From positions 14,997 through 78,996 of IMG/VR virus record IMGVR_UViG_3300037504_000588: a stretch of 64,000 nt of DNA. The stretch is one strand, 5' to 3'. Made by a program: the position numbers and the translations under genes. This stretch comes from a virus. The notes below the pieces were generated by a model that ran no database searches, had not been told where the DNA came from, and worked only from the letters and a program-made list of their open reading frames with translations. Position 1 is the first letter of the stretch, and every line of letters starts with the position of its first letter. This document shows positions 1 through 10,356 of this stretch, one piece after another.

Positions 1-195
1 GGTATAAATGCAGAGAAAACAGGAGAAACTTATGAGTCAGACAATGTATTAGGTTATAATATGTCGTTGGAAGGAGCAATTAAAAAACTAATACATTTAA
101 CATTGCATACCAAAAAATTAAAATTAACTTTATCTGAATTTCTTGAAGAATATAAAAAAGAAAAAGAAAGAATAGAAGAATTAATCAATGTTTAA
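1..195 (+). CDS. 3' end of a hypothetical protein (partial)
   Basis: Frame 1 is open from the window edge to TAA at 193-195. Confidence 0.6.
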   Translation, partial: GINAEKTGETYESDNVLGYNMSLEGAIKKLIHLTLHTKKLKLTLSEFLEEYKKEKERIEELINV

Positions 196-213
196 CAATT
201 AAAATTAATTAAA

Positions 214-1581
214 ATGAGTGAATCAATCAGAAATCGCTTTAGAGGAGCAAAATTGTCTAATTTACAAGACACAATTAAAGAAGCAAAATCAAAGTCTTAC
301 AGCCAAAACGAAAGGCCAGGATTTCATAATGTAACAAAAGAACCAGGGGTGTATAAATTAAGAATTGCACCTCCACACAACGTGGATACAGGTGTTAGTT
401 TTCGACCGATTCGTACAACTTTCCTAAAGTGTGAACTTCCTAAGTTGGATGAAAATAAAAAAGAAATAGAAGGAGAGGTTGAAATTAGAGGAAAAAAGGT
501 TTTTATTGCTACAATGCATGGAGATTCTATTGAAAAAGACCCTGTAGAGCTCTATATTGAGCACGTTAAAAAACAAGTATATGATCAATATCAAGATAAA
601 GATGAAAGGCAAAAAAGATTAATACCGATTACAGGAAATTTTAAAAAAGGAAAAGATAATATCCCAGGAATCACTCCCCAAACTAATTATGTAGCCTATG
701 CATGGATGAATGGAAGGTTAGGTAGAGTAGAGGTTTATCAGTCCATTATGAACAAAATAGAAGAATTAAATATAGCAGAACAATCAGATGAAGAGATTAA
801 GATAGATATTTTCGCTGACCCCGTAGAACCTATTTTCCTTGTAATAGATAATGACCCTTCAAGGGGAAGCAAGCAGAGATATATTGTATCTAAAGAATCT
901 CCAAATTTTGCTAAGTATTTGAAAGAATATAAGAATAAAGAAGAGGCTATTGAGAAATATGAAAAAGCTTGTGAGGGTTATAAAGTATCAGACGAACAAT
1001 TAAAAGAACTCCTTGAAAAAGAATCTTTAGAGGAATTATATGTGAATGTTTACACGAAAAGAGATTTTGATCTTGCGCTGAATGGGTTAAAAATTTTCGA
1101 TGAACAAAATGAATATAAAATTTTTGAAAATGAGGAGTTTTTAAAAGAACTTGAAGAGATTGAAAAACAAGTTCCTGAGAAGACTGAAAAAGAGAATTCA
1201 AATGAGGAGAAGGATGTAGAAGATAATTTTAAAAAAACACAAGAGGAACAAGAAGAAAGCGTACAAGAAGATTACACAAAGTGGAGTAAAATTAAATGCA
1301 GGAAACATCTTGAGGCTTATATTCTTGAGAATTATGGTAATGATGCAATGTTGCCAGAAAAAGTAGAAGGTGATTTGGATGTTTTGAGGAAGTGGGTTGA
1401 GCTTTCTATTAAAGAAGAAGAGCTACCATTTGAAGATTATCAAGAGCAAGAAAAAGATGATTCAAATGAAAAACAAGAAGGATCAAGTAATAATAAAGAA
1501 GATGTAAAAGAAGAAAAAGATTTAAATCCTGATTTAAGAGCAAAATTAGAAAAATTAAAAAATAAATCAAAAAAGGGTTAA
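214..1581 (+). CDS. Putative single-stranded DNA-binding protein (T4 gp32-like)
   Basis: N-terminal KLRIAPP pattern, long acidic C-terminus, first gene of the recombination cluster. Confidence 0.55.
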   Translation: MSESIRNRFRGAKLSNLQDTIKEAKSKSYSQNERPGFHNVTKEPGVYKLRIAPPHNVDTGVSFRPIRTTFLKCELPKLDENKKEIEGEVEIRGKKVFIATMHGDSIEKDPVELYIEHVKKQVYDQYQDKDERQKRLIPITGNFKKGKDNIPGITPQTNYVAYAWMNGRLGRVEVYQSIMNKIEELNIAEQSDEEIKIDIFADPVEPIFLVIDNDPSRGSKQRYIVSKESPNFAKYLKEYKNKEEAIEKYEKACEGYKVSDEQLKELLEKESLEELYVNVYTKRDFDLALNGLKIFDEQNEYKIFENEEFLKELEEIEKQVPEKTEKENSNEEKDVEDNFKKTQEEQEESVQEDYTKWSKIKCRKHLEAYILENYGNDAMLPEKVEGDLDVLRKWVELSIKEEELPFEDYQEQEKDDSNEKQEGSSNNKEDVKEEKDLNPDLRAKLEKLKNKSKKG

Positions 1582-1610
1582 GTTAGGCGCAATTAAGTGT
1601 TTTTAGGTTG

Positions 1611-1653
1611 GAAGGATGTGAGTTTTATTTGTTTCCTCACATCCTTCTTTTTT
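1611..1653 (+). terminator. Intrinsic terminator
   Basis: GAAGGATGTGAG / CTCACATCCTTC perfect 12-bp stem followed by a T tract. Confidence 0.8.
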
Positions 1654-1675
1654 AATAAATTTAAAATATTAGAAT

Positions 1676-2671
1676 ATGGATCAGTCTATTTTAATTTCAA
1701 CAGATTGGCATTTAAAGGAAGATAATGTTGATCTAATTAAACATTTAGCTATACAGAAAAGAAATTTAGCTAAAAAATTAGGTATAAAGAAATTGTTCAT
1801 CTTAGGAGATGTGTTTCATAACAGAATTTCTCAGAAGCAACAAGTATTGTCAGCTTTACATACTATACTTGTTGATATTTTTTATGGATACGAAGTATAT
1901 ATTATTCCAGGAAATCATGACAAAACTGATTATAATTTAAAAGAAAGTTTTTTAGATTGTTTTTCTGCTTATAAAAAAGTAATTAGTAATTATGAATATT
2001 TACAATTAGGGGATGTAAGATTTCATTTTATGCCCTTTTTTAAAGAAAATATTTGGATTGAAGAGTTCACTCCAAAATTGAATAATGATTGTTTTAATAT
2101 ACTTTTGACACATATTGCAATAACAGGAAGCAAAAACAATGACGGTTCGTTGGTAGAGTCTTCATTGAATGCAAAAATGTTTGAAAAATTTGATCTTGTT
2201 CTTTCAGGACATTACCACAATAAACAAAAAATTGGTGAAAATTTTTATCACATTCCTTCAATATGCCAGCATAATTATGGAGAAGATAAAGAAAAGGGGT
2301 TTACAATATTACATAATGACAATAGAATAGAGCTATATAAATCAACCTTTCCTACATACGAAAAGATAATTGTTAATGTGGACGAAAAAAGCAAAAAAGA
2401 AATAGATTCTATTGTAGAAAAATATAAAGACAAAGATAATTGTAGAATAGAGTTAATAGGCAGTGAAAGCAATATTAATAGTATTGATAAAAACAAAATA
2501 CTTTCACAGGGTATTGACGTTAAGGCAAAGATAAATGAAATAGAAGACACATCTATACAAGGGCAAATTACTGAAAAAATAACTGATAAAAGATTAAAAG
2601 AGGAATTTAAAGAATTTTGTGAAAAAGAAAAATTAAATTTTAAAGAAGGTTTAGAATTATTAAAAAATTAA
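1676..2671 (+). CDS. sbcD: SbcD/Mre11-like nuclease (T4 gp47-like)
   Basis: Metallophosphoesterase motifs DWH, GDVFH, GNHD, GHYH; next to recA and an SbcC-like ATPase. Confidence 0.85.
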   Translation: MDQSILISTDWHLKEDNVDLIKHLAIQKRNLAKKLGIKKLFILGDVFHNRISQKQQVLSALHTILVDIFYGYEVYIIPGNHDKTDYNLKESFLDCFSAYKKVISNYEYLQLGDVRFHFMPFFKENIWIEEFTPKLNNDCFNILLTHIAITGSKNNDGSLVESSLNAKMFEKFDLVLSGHYHNKQKIGENFYHIPSICQHNYGEDKEKGFTILHNDNRIELYKSTFPTYEKIIVNVDEKSKKEIDSIVEKYKDKDNCRIELIGSESNINSIDKNKILSQGIDVKAKINEIEDTSIQGQITEKITDKRLKEEFKEFCEKEKLNFKEGLELLKN

Positions 2672-2676
2672 CAAAT

Positions 2677-3651
2677 ATGACAAAAGAAAACACTATTACA
2701 ATAAATCAAGTAATTTCTAATATTGAAAAAAGATTTGGAAAAGAAGCAATCGCAGGAAAACAAGAAGGGGTTGAGTTTGTTTCTTCTGGCTCAATTTCCC
2801 TTGATGTTGCATTAGGAGGAGGATGGGCTAAAGGAAGGATTGCTGAGATATATGGATGGGAAAGTAGTGGTAAGACAACAGTAGCCTTACATCTTGCAGC
2901 AGAAATACAAAGGTTAGGTAAGGCTGTTGTTTATATAGATACAGAGAATTCTCTTGACACAGTCTATGCACATAAGTTGGGAGTAAATATTGAAGATAAG
3001 GGTGGTTTGTGGTATTTAAGTCAACCGGAAGATGGAGAAACAGCAATTGAAATAGGAAGAGAGTTTGCAAAATCGAAAGATGTAGGGTTAGTAGTGTTTG
3101 ACAGTGTAACCTCTATGTTACCCCGTGCACAAATACAGGGAGAAGCAGGTGATCAAAAAATGGGGTTGTTGGCAAGATTAATGTCACAATACATGCCAAC
3201 ATTAAAAGACCCGATAAAACGCTCAGGTTGCATTATTTTATTTATCAATCAATTGCGTGAAAAAATTGGAGTAATGTTCGGAAGCTCCGAAACTACAACA
3301 GGTGGCAATGCTCTTAAATTTTATGCATCGCAAAGGGTAAAGATTTCAAGAAGCGGACAAACTAAAGACAACAATAACGATATAATAGCTAACGGAACAA
3401 AATGTAAAGTGGTTAAAAACAAAGTTGATTTACCTTTTAAAGAGGCGTTATTTAAAATACGCTTTGGGGAAGGTATTGACAAGCTAAGTGAAATTATTGA
3501 TATAGCTGCAGATGCTAATATTATACAAAAAAGGGGAAGTTGGTATAATTATGGAGACATTAAACTTGGACAAGGTGAAGAGAAAGTAAGAGAACTTTTG
3601 AAAGATAATCCTGAACTTGTAGAAGAAATTAAACAAAAAATAAAACAATAA
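2677..3651 (+). CDS. recA: RecA recombinase
   Basis: GWESSGKTT Walker A, FINQLREKIGVMFG, TTTGGNALKFYAS. Confidence 0.97.
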   Translation: MTKENTITINQVISNIEKRFGKEAIAGKQEGVEFVSSGSISLDVALGGGWAKGRIAEIYGWESSGKTTVALHLAAEIQRLGKAVVYIDTENSLDTVYAHKLGVNIEDKGGLWYLSQPEDGETAIEIGREFAKSKDVGLVVFDSVTSMLPRAQIQGEAGDQKMGLLARLMSQYMPTLKDPIKRSGCIILFINQLREKIGVMFGSSETTTGGNALKFYASQRVKISRSGQTKDNNNDIIANGTKCKVVKNKVDLPFKEALFKIRFGEGIDKLSEIIDIAADANIIQKRGSWYNYGDIKLGQGEEKVRELLKDNPELVEEIKQKIKQ

Positions 3652-3656
3652 TTACT

Positions 3657-5660
3657 ATGTTTTTAAATTCATTATATTTAAAAAATTTTATTTCTTTTGA
3701 AGAACAAGAATATGTTTTTAAAAGAGGTGTTCCTGTTTTAATTCAAGGAAAAAATTATTACAGAGAAGGGCAAGAAAGTAATGGAAGTGGTAAAACTGCT
3801 TTGCAGGCAGGAGTAGAATATTGTTTATTGAAAACAACTTCACGTAAAGAAAGGGACGTAAATCTTATTCGCAGAGGCTATAAGCAATCTATCTTGAAAT
3901 TAAATGTAGAATGTCCTATAAGGAAAGAAACGTTGAAGATACTAAGGGAGATTAATTTAAAAGGCTCTTCTACATGCAGGATAGAAATAAATAATGAAGA
4001 ATTATTTGACACAAAGAAAGGTAATGGAACCAATGACGAAGCAAATAATTTTATTATGAAATGGTTTGCATTTGAAGATAAAGAAGATTTAAAGAATTAT
4101 TATATAATGAATAAAGAAAGTCACAGATCATTCTTTAAATCTTCTAATACTAAAAAACTTGAATTAATTGCCAGATTATATGACTTTTCAAGTATAGATA
4201 ATGCGGTTATAAAATTAAATAATAAAATATCTGAAAAAGAAAAAGAAGTTTCAAAGTTACAAGAAGAAATTTATAAAATAGAAGGTAAGATTGAAGCAAA
4301 TGAAGAAAGTATTGAATCTTCGTCTTCTAAAAAAGATTGGGAAAAGCAAAAAGAATTAAAAATAAAAGAAAAAGATGTTGAGATTATAAATGAAGAAAAA
4401 TTATTAAAAGAATTAGAAAACGATATATTTAAAAATAAAAAGGAAAAAGATTCATTACAAAATGAAATTGGTAAAATAAATAATGAAATTAATGAAGTTA
4501 CAAAAGATTTAAAGGAAAAATCAAAAGAGTTTGAAGGAAATATTGAAAAACTTGAAGCAAAAAAGGAAGATAGTCAATCTTTAATAGATGAAAGCAATGA
4601 TATTAAAGATAGCTATAATCAAGAACTTGAAAAAATAAACAAAAAACTTTCTTCTATTAACAAAAATTTGATGGATTCTGTTGTTTGTCCAAATTGTGAA
4701 TTTGAATTTTTACCGGGAAAAGATGTTGATGTAAAAGAAGAAGAAAAAAGGAAGAATGAAATTGAAGAAAGTCTTAAGTCTATTAATAATAGCATTAAGG
4801 AATGTCAAGAGTTAATAGATAACGGAAAAGAGCAAAAATTAGCCTTTAAAGAAAAAATTAAAAATGAACAAGAGAAAAAACAAATTAAAACTAAAAAAAT
4901 AAGAGAATCTCTTGAATCAATTGAAGAAAATTTAAATACAAAAAAGAAAAATCTTTCAAGTGTTGAAGAATCTATTTATGCCAAAGAACAAAAAAAGAAA
5001 AGATATAGTGATAATATAAAAACCATTAAGGAAGAAAAAGCAAATATTATAAAGGAGGAATACAATGATAAATACATTTTACAATTAAAAGAAAAAAATA
5101 AAGAATATTTAACAGATAAAACAAACAAAGAAGATGAAGTGTCTTTAATAGAAGAAGAAATAACATCTTTAAAGAAATGGATTAGCGATTTTAATAAATT
5201 TAAAATGTTTCTTTCTAATAAAGTCTTATTAATTATTCAAAATAAAATTAATAAATGTTTAAAAGATATGAAAAGCGAATTACGTGTTAAAATTGAAGGA
5301 TTTAAGCAAAATTCTGATGGAACACTTAAAGAACAGATCACTCCTTATGTTTTAGATAATTCAGATATTTGTTCTTTTAATAGTTTTTCAGGAGGAGAAA
5401 GAGCGAGATTAAATTATGCAGAAATTGTAGCAATACAAGAGCTTATAAACAATTCTCATCCTCACGGAGGGTTAGATTTAATGTGGGCTGATGAAATTAA
5501 TGAAGGATTAGACCCACTGGGTACTGTTAATGTGCTTAAATCTTTAAAACACTTAAATAAAACTATTTTGTTAACTACCCATGTTTCGGTTGATGATATG
5601 TATGATAATAAAATAGTTGTGGAAAATAGAAATGGGGTAAGTAAAATACAAACAAATTAA
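3657..5660 (+). CDS. sbcC: SbcC/Rad50-like ATPase (T4 gp46-like)
   Basis: SNGSGKT Walker A, coiled coils around a CPNC zinc hook, FSGGE signature, ADE Walker B. Confidence 0.92.
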   Translation: MFLNSLYLKNFISFEEQEYVFKRGVPVLIQGKNYYREGQESNGSGKTALQAGVEYCLLKTTSRKERDVNLIRRGYKQSILKLNVECPIRKETLKILREINLKGSSTCRIEINNEELFDTKKGNGTNDEANNFIMKWFAFEDKEDLKNYYIMNKESHRSFFKSSNTKKLELIARLYDFSSIDNAVIKLNNKISEKEKEVSKLQEEIYKIEGKIEANEESIESSSSKKDWEKQKELKIKEKDVEIINEEKLLKELENDIFKNKKEKDSLQNEIGKINNEINEVTKDLKEKSKEFEGNIEKLEAKKEDSQSLIDESNDIKDSYNQELEKINKKLSSINKNLMDSVVCPNCEFEFLPGKDVDVKEEEKRKNEIEESLKSINNSIKECQELIDNGKEQKLAFKEKIKNEQEKKQIKTKKIRESLESIEENLNTKKKNLSSVEESIYAKEQKKKRYSDNIKTIKEEKANIIKEEYNDKYILQLKEKNKEYLTDKTNKEDEVSLIEEEITSLKKWISDFNKFKMFLSNKVLLIIQNKINKCLKDMKSELRVKIEGFKQNSDGTLKEQITPYVLDNSDICSFNSFSGGERARLNYAEIVAIQELINNSHPHGGLDLMWADEINEGLDPLGTVNVLKSLKHLNKTILLTTHVSVDDMYDNKIVVENRNGVSKIQTN

Positions 5661-5690
5661 TTATATTTATAAACCTTTAAATTAAAAAAA

Positions 5691-6077
5691 ATGGAAATAT
5701 TAAATTCTATATTGTTTTCTTCTATTATTGCGATAGCAGTGGTTTTTGGAATGGTTTACGTTAATAAGTATAAATGGATGAGGTATCACGAAAAAGCTGT
5801 TGGGGTAACTTGGGCTAATTTAAGCAAGGAATTAAGAATATTAATCAGATCATTTATGATTATTATAGGATTCTCCTGGTGTTCAATTGCCATAATAACT
5901 GTATGTTTTTATCATCTAACAAAGGATATACCTATATCTATAATTCCAATATTTTTGATGAATATAGGGACATTTATTGGGTCTTTTAAGTTAAAGTTTG
6001 ATACAAGAGGTAATCCTCCTGTATGGTTGTCTCTTTTATTATTTATTATTATGATATTTTTAGTTTTAAATTTTTAA
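5691..6077 (+). CDS. Hypothetical membrane protein (about 4 TM)
   Basis: Four hydrophobic segments. Confidence 0.6.
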   Translation: MEILNSILFSSIIAIAVVFGMVYVNKYKWMRYHEKAVGVTWANLSKELRILIRSFMIIIGFSWCSIAIITVCFYHLTKDIPISIIPIFLMNIGTFIGSFKLKFDTRGNPPVWLSLLLFIIMIFLVLNF

Positions 6078-6085
6078 TATATATT

Positions 6086-6568
6086 ATGAAAATATTAGCA
6101 ATAGATCAAGGAGACGTTGAAAGTGGTTATATTATTATGACAGATAAAGAAGAGATTATAGAAAAAGGTAAAATAAATAATGAAGAATTATTAAAAATCA
6201 TTAAGCGCAATAATATAACAGAGCTTGCGATAGAAAAAATTAAAAGTTTTGGAATGTCTGTTGGTCAGACAACTTTTGATAGCTGTGTGTGGGCAGGCAG
6301 GTTTATACAATGTTTTTTGGATAATGGAGGAGTAAGGTTTCAGGAGATACCCAGAAAAACTAAAGAAGGAGTTTGTAAACATATTTGCAAGAACTCTAAT
6401 GCAACAGATTCAAATATTCGACAGGCATTGATTGATCGTTATGAACCTAATTTAAAACCACGTCAACGACCAAAAAATAAATTAAAAGGGGTATCAAAGG
6501 ATATTTGGTCAGCATTGTCCATATGTGTAACTTATATAGATAAATTTATTAAAAAAGAGGAGGGATAG
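6086..6568 (+). CDS. RuvC-like Holliday junction resolvase
   Basis: MKILAIDQG start (ATG 6086), LAIE, and C-terminal DIWSAL; RNase H-fold acidic pattern. Confidence 0.7.
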   Translation: MKILAIDQGDVESGYIIMTDKEEIIEKGKINNEELLKIIKRNNITELAIEKIKSFGMSVGQTTFDSCVWAGRFIQCFLDNGGVRFQEIPRKTKEGVCKHICKNSNATDSNIRQALIDRYEPNLKPRQRPKNKLKGVSKDIWSALSICVTYIDKFIKKEEG

Positions 6569-6886
6569 ATGTCAAATAATTTTAAATGCATTGATTGTGA
6601 TAATTATTTTTTTATACCAAATTATTATTACAAGATTAATGCTAAAGATGGTCAAGTTGAATGGTACGATAAGTATGATAGAATTAAATGTAACAAATGT
6701 AACTCAAAAAACATACAATCTTTATCCAAACAAGGATATGGAGCTCCATTTATCGGTAAATTCAGAGGAATGACATCTTTTGAAAAAAAACAAGTATTAA
6801 AAAAACGTGCAGCTCAAAAAGCAAAAACAGATTCAGAGATATTGGATCGTAAAGCACATAATAATAATAAATTTAAAGGAATATAA
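6569..6886 (+). CDS. Zinc-ribbon protein (FmdB-like)
   Basis: CIDC...CNKC. Confidence 0.55.
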   Translation: MSNNFKCIDCDNYFFIPNYYYKINAKDGQVEWYDKYDRIKCNKCNSKNIQSLSKQGYGAPFIGKFRGMTSFEKKQVLKKRAAQKAKTDSEILDRKAHNNNKFKGI

Positions 6887-6888
6887 AG

Positions 6889-7170
6889 ATGATAACAAAA
6901 GAAAAATTTAAAATCATTAAGGATATAATTTCGTGGGAAGTAAAGGTTATATACATTGAAGATTTGGGTTTTTTTAACCCTGAAAAATTCACCCCCTCCT
7001 ATAGCCAAAATGGAATTGAATTCCATGAACTTGAAGGGTATGATATAACACATCTAATTGATAACTTTAGTTCAAATTATGATTCTAAAAAATTTATTTC
7101 ACAAATTGAAAAAATGAACAAAATTCATTTAAAAATACATAAATCAATAAAATTTATTGTGTTCATGTGA
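6889..7170 (+). CDS. Hypothetical protein
   Basis: ORF directly follows the upstream gene. Confidence 0.5.
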   Translation: MITKEKFKIIKDIISWEVKVIYIEDLGFFNPEKFTPSYSQNGIEFHELEGYDITHLIDNFSSNYDSKKFISQIEKMNKIHLKIHKSIKFIVFM

Positions 7171-7208
7171 AAACAATGTAAAAATAATGAATTTTTATTA
7201 ATTTATAT

Positions 7209-7241
7209 AAAAGTGGTTTCTAAATAGTTACCACTTTTTTT
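7209..7241 (+). terminator. Probable terminator hairpin
   Basis: AAAAGTGGT...ACCACTTTT stem with a T tract. Confidence 0.55.
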
Positions 7242-7252
7242 ATATTTTTTTT

Positions 7253-7313
7253 AAAAAATAATTGTAAAAATATTTTGTTTTTATATATAAAAGTATTATA
7301 TTTGTATTGTATT
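7253..7313 (+). promoter_or_regulatory. Repeated host-type (Bacteroidota sigma-A-like) promoter, copy 1
   Basis: About 60-bp element with TTTG-N19-TATATTTG; near-identical copies at 12253, 21843 and 29946. Confidence 0.8.
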
Positions 7314-7346
7314 TTAATATTTTTTAAACCTAAAAACGCAAGAATT

Positions 7347-7661
7347 ATGAAAGCAACAGAAATTAATTTAAAAAAAGACGGTTTTAATTTTAACTGCAAC
7401 ACTTATCCAGCTCGCTCACATTACAGGTTTACCATGCGCTTAGGATGTGTTTTTCCTACAACAAGAGCACAAGCAAAATACTTTATTACAGAAGATATTT
7501 GGTTAGATGTATTAAACGGTGATGATGTTGAAACGGTTGAATCTATGCTTGTTAAGCATGGATTTGAAGGGGATTACAGATTTACAAAATCAAAAAAATG
7601 GGTTAGGCTTCAAAACCAAATTGATTTACACGAAGCATTAAAAAAAGAATATAACTTATGA
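7347..7661 (+). CDS. Hypothetical early protein
   Basis: ATG 7347 lies downstream of the promoter; the ORF-track start at 7275 lies inside the promoter. Confidence 0.65.
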   Translation: MKATEINLKKDGFNFNCNTYPARSHYRFTMRLGCVFPTTRAQAKYFITEDIWLDVLNGDDVETVESMLVKHGFEGDYRFTKSKKWVRLQNQIDLHEALKKEYNL

Positions 7662-7767
7662 ATAACGAGCAATCAAACGGGCAACAAAAATTATTTCATA
7701 TACAAAATATTAAATTTTATAAAATGAAAACAAAGAACGAAATTATTAAACAGTAAATAACATTGAT

Positions 7768-8055
7768 ATGAAAAATAAAAATAACAATACAATAGAAACT
7801 GAGACCATACCGTATGATGCGATGTTAGCAGCTGATCTTTTTAAGAGTGGGAAGGCATATTATTGTCAGCATTACCCAAGCCGTGAAGAGTGGCTTATAC
7901 TTGGCATAAGTAAAGACTTTAAAAAAGTGTGTGTTGCTGGTTGGCCTCCAACAATTGCTAATGCGGAGGATTGTGAATTATGGAAACTTGCAAGGGATTT
8001 GACAGAAGATGAAATTGAATATAGACAAAAAGAATTTGGCAGCGGGTGGCTTTAG
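7768..8055 (+). CDS. Hypothetical protein (cassette-borne)
   Basis: ORF bracketed by GTTAGCAGC / GCTGCTAAC. Confidence 0.65.
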   Translation: MKNKNNNTIETETIPYDAMLAADLFKSGKAYYCQHYPSREEWLILGISKDFKKVCVAGWPPTIANAEDCELWKLARDLTEDEIEYRQKEFGSGWL

Positions 8056-8173
8056 GCTTGCTGCTAACCATTATATATAAAATCAACAACGAAATAAAAT
8101 AAATTATTAACCAACAATGCTGAATAAATATGCCGATAATGGCGTTTGATGTATTGTTATAAAAAATGTTTTT

Positions 8174-8368
8174 ATGAAAGATGTAGAGATAGTGTATTGG
8201 GGTAAAACACCTTTAACAAACATAGATGTATATATGTTAAATATAATTAATGAAGATGGAACTAAAACACCTGTTTATAGTAATGATAGGGTGTTTGAGG
8301 ATGTACGGTTGATGTGTGATTATGAAACGGCAACAGCTAAAAAAGTAGAACTGTTAAATGTTTTATAA
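8174..8368 (+). CDS. Hypothetical protein (cassette-borne)
   Basis: Stop codon lies within TTTTATAAC. Confidence 0.6.
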   Translation: MKDVEIVYWGKTPLTNIDVYMLNIINEDGTKTPVYSNDRVFEDVRLMCDYETATAKKVELLNVL

Positions 8369-8479
8369 CGGTAAGCATAAGGCAAGTGCCTAAACGAATA
8401 TTGAATAAATGGACTACAACGTTGAGCGTATGCGCCTGTTGGCGTTTTGGTTGAAATTACAAACCTTAAAAACAGACAA

Positions 8480-9028
8480 ATGATAAACGAGATACGAAAC
8501 GACAAAAGTAAGATGGCTATGCAGTATGACACATTGTTATGCCCCGTTATTTTAGACGCCTGCTGTGGTAGTAGAATGTTTTGGTTTGACAAGAAGAATC
8601 CAAATTGTTTATTCATAGATAAACGAAGCGAGACAGTAACAGCAAAAGACAGCAGTCAAAAAAGTGGTTTAAGAACTATTGAAGTAAAACCTGACTTGAT
8701 TGCGGACTTTACAGATATGCCTTTTGAAGATGAGCAATTTGCAATGGTGGTATTTGACCCACCACATCTAAAAACCCTTGGACAAAATAGCTGGATGGCT
8801 AAGAAGTATGGAAGATTGCCTAATGATTGGGAATATATGATTGCAAAGGGTTTTGATGAATGTATGCGAGTGTTGAAACCAGAGGGAACTTTAATCTTCA
8901 AATGGAATGAGCACGAAATTAAATCAAAGCAGGTTTTAGACCTAATACCTTATAAGCCACTTTTTGGACATACAACAGGGAGACAATCTAAAACAATTTG
9001 GATGGCTTTTATGAAGGGTGTCTCCTAA
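8480..9028 (+). CDS. SAM-dependent (amino) DNA methyltransferase
   Basis: ILDACCGSRMFW SAM motif, VFDPPH catalytic motif, RVLKPEGTLIFKW; start uncertain. Confidence 0.85.
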   Translation: MINEIRNDKSKMAMQYDTLLCPVILDACCGSRMFWFDKKNPNCLFIDKRSETVTAKDSSQKSGLRTIEVKPDLIADFTDMPFEDEQFAMVVFDPPHLKTLGQNSWMAKKYGRLPNDWEYMIAKGFDECMRVLKPEGTLIFKWNEHEIKSKQVLDLIPYKPLFGHTTGRQSKTIWMAFMKGVS

Positions 9029-9067
9029 GTAATTTTTATTGTACCTATTTAGGTGTTATTTTTTACG

Positions 9068-9504
9068 AATTATTAACCATAAAATTTTATAAAATGAAAA
9101 CACATATTATCCCAAGAAGAAAAGGAAAAACAACCGAACTTATAAAAAAATCCGCTGAAACTGGTGACTATATAGTTTGCCATAAACTTGATGAAGCGAA
9201 TAGAATACAAGTAGAGGCTCAAGAAATGGGACTACAAATACCACTACCAATCACTTATGATGAATTTTTGAAGAAACGATATTACGGAAAAGATATCAGC
9301 GGTTTTTTGATTGATAATGCAGATATGTTCTTGCAATCACTTTCAAATGTGCCAATAAACAGTATTACAGTTAGCTCTTAATTGCGCACAACTATTATAT
9401 ATAAAACCAACAATGTAAACATTTGAATATGAATGTAAAACACAAATCAACTTTAGCAAATTTCAAAACAATTATTAACCATAAAATTTTATAAAATGAA
9501 AACA
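9068..9504 (+). repeat. 35-bp perfect direct repeat (9068-9102, 9470-9504) covering two translation starts
   Basis: AATTATTAACCATAAAATTTTATAAAATGAAAACA occurs twice. Confidence 0.9.
9094..9381 (+). CDS. Small P-loop-like protein
   Basis: PRRKGKTT and hhhD (FLIDNAD); ATG at 9094. Confidence 0.55.
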   Translation: MKTHIIPRRKGKTTELIKKSAETGDYIVCHKLDEANRIQVEAQEMGLQIPLPITYDEFLKKRYYGKDISGFLIDNADMFLQSLSNVPINSITVSS

Positions 9505-9690
9505 ATAAAAACAAACGATACAACAACAATTAAACTTCACAAACTTCCAACTTCAACTCTTAAAGAAATAATAAGTTTGCAAGAAAACACCCCAGAAAGT
9601 AATATTATATGTAGAGAATGTTACGAAGAGCTTCTCAAAAGAGGAAAAATTAAACCAAAATTTGAAACTAAAAATGTAAAAAAACGATAA
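9496..9690 (+). CDS. Hypothetical protein
   Basis: Starts within the second copy of the 35-bp repeat. Confidence 0.5.
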   Translation: MKTIKTNDTTTIKLHKLPTSTLKEIISLQENTPESNIICRECYEELLKRGKIKPKFETKNVKKR

Positions 9691-9710
9691 AATTTAAAAA
9701 CAAAGATAAA

Positions 9711-10058
9711 ATGATAACAACCAATATAAAAATAAAAAATGAACCTGAATTCCATCAAAACACATCTATTGAATTTACAGATTCAGGAATGATACTAAGG
9801 GTTTCAATTAATATCCCCTATTCTTTAATTAAATATCTACCATATTGCAATGTATCAAAAGGTAAAGAATTGTGGGTTTATGCTTTAAGCAAAGAAATTA
9901 AATCTGGTGCAATTAAAAAAGAAAGAGTTCAGCAATTACATAATCATTTAATTAAAAATTGTATGATCATTATAAGAGAAGCAAAAAAGAAACACCTCAA
10001 TGATCAAATTTTAAAAATTAAAAACAGACAACCTAAACAATTAACTTTTTTTAATTAA
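9711..10058 (+). CDS. Hypothetical protein
   Basis: ORF track. Confidence 0.5.
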   Translation: MITTNIKIKNEPEFHQNTSIEFTDSGMILRVSINIPYSLIKYLPYCNVSKGKELWVYALSKEIKSGAIKKERVQQLHNHLIKNCMIIIREAKKKHLNDQILKIKNRQPKQLTFFN

Positions 10059-10356
10059 TTTTACATTAAAATCTTAAATATAAGAGGGTTTTTGTGAATA
10101 ATAGTATAAAGTTATTATTTAACTTTAATCTTTCTTATATACCTTTAAAAACCATTAAAAATTTAACAATTATGGCAACACAAAATCTATTTGAAAAGAT
10201 TGTAAAAGACTACCAAGAAGAAATTTTTAAATCATCCGGGAAACAAATAACAAGAGAGCAAGCCATTGAAAGTCTCAAAAATCATGGAATATATAATCCT
10301 AACTGTGATAATATTAATAAAATTGAAAAAAACAACATCATAAAATAAGATTATAT

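Larger units (their letters stand above)
7824..9392 (+). mobile_element. Cluster 1 of integron-like gene cassettes
   Basis: GTTAGCAGC 7824 / GCTGCTAAC 8060; GTTATAAAA 8156 / TTTTATAAC 8361; GTTATGCCC 8536 / GCGCACAAC 9384. Confidence 0.6.
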
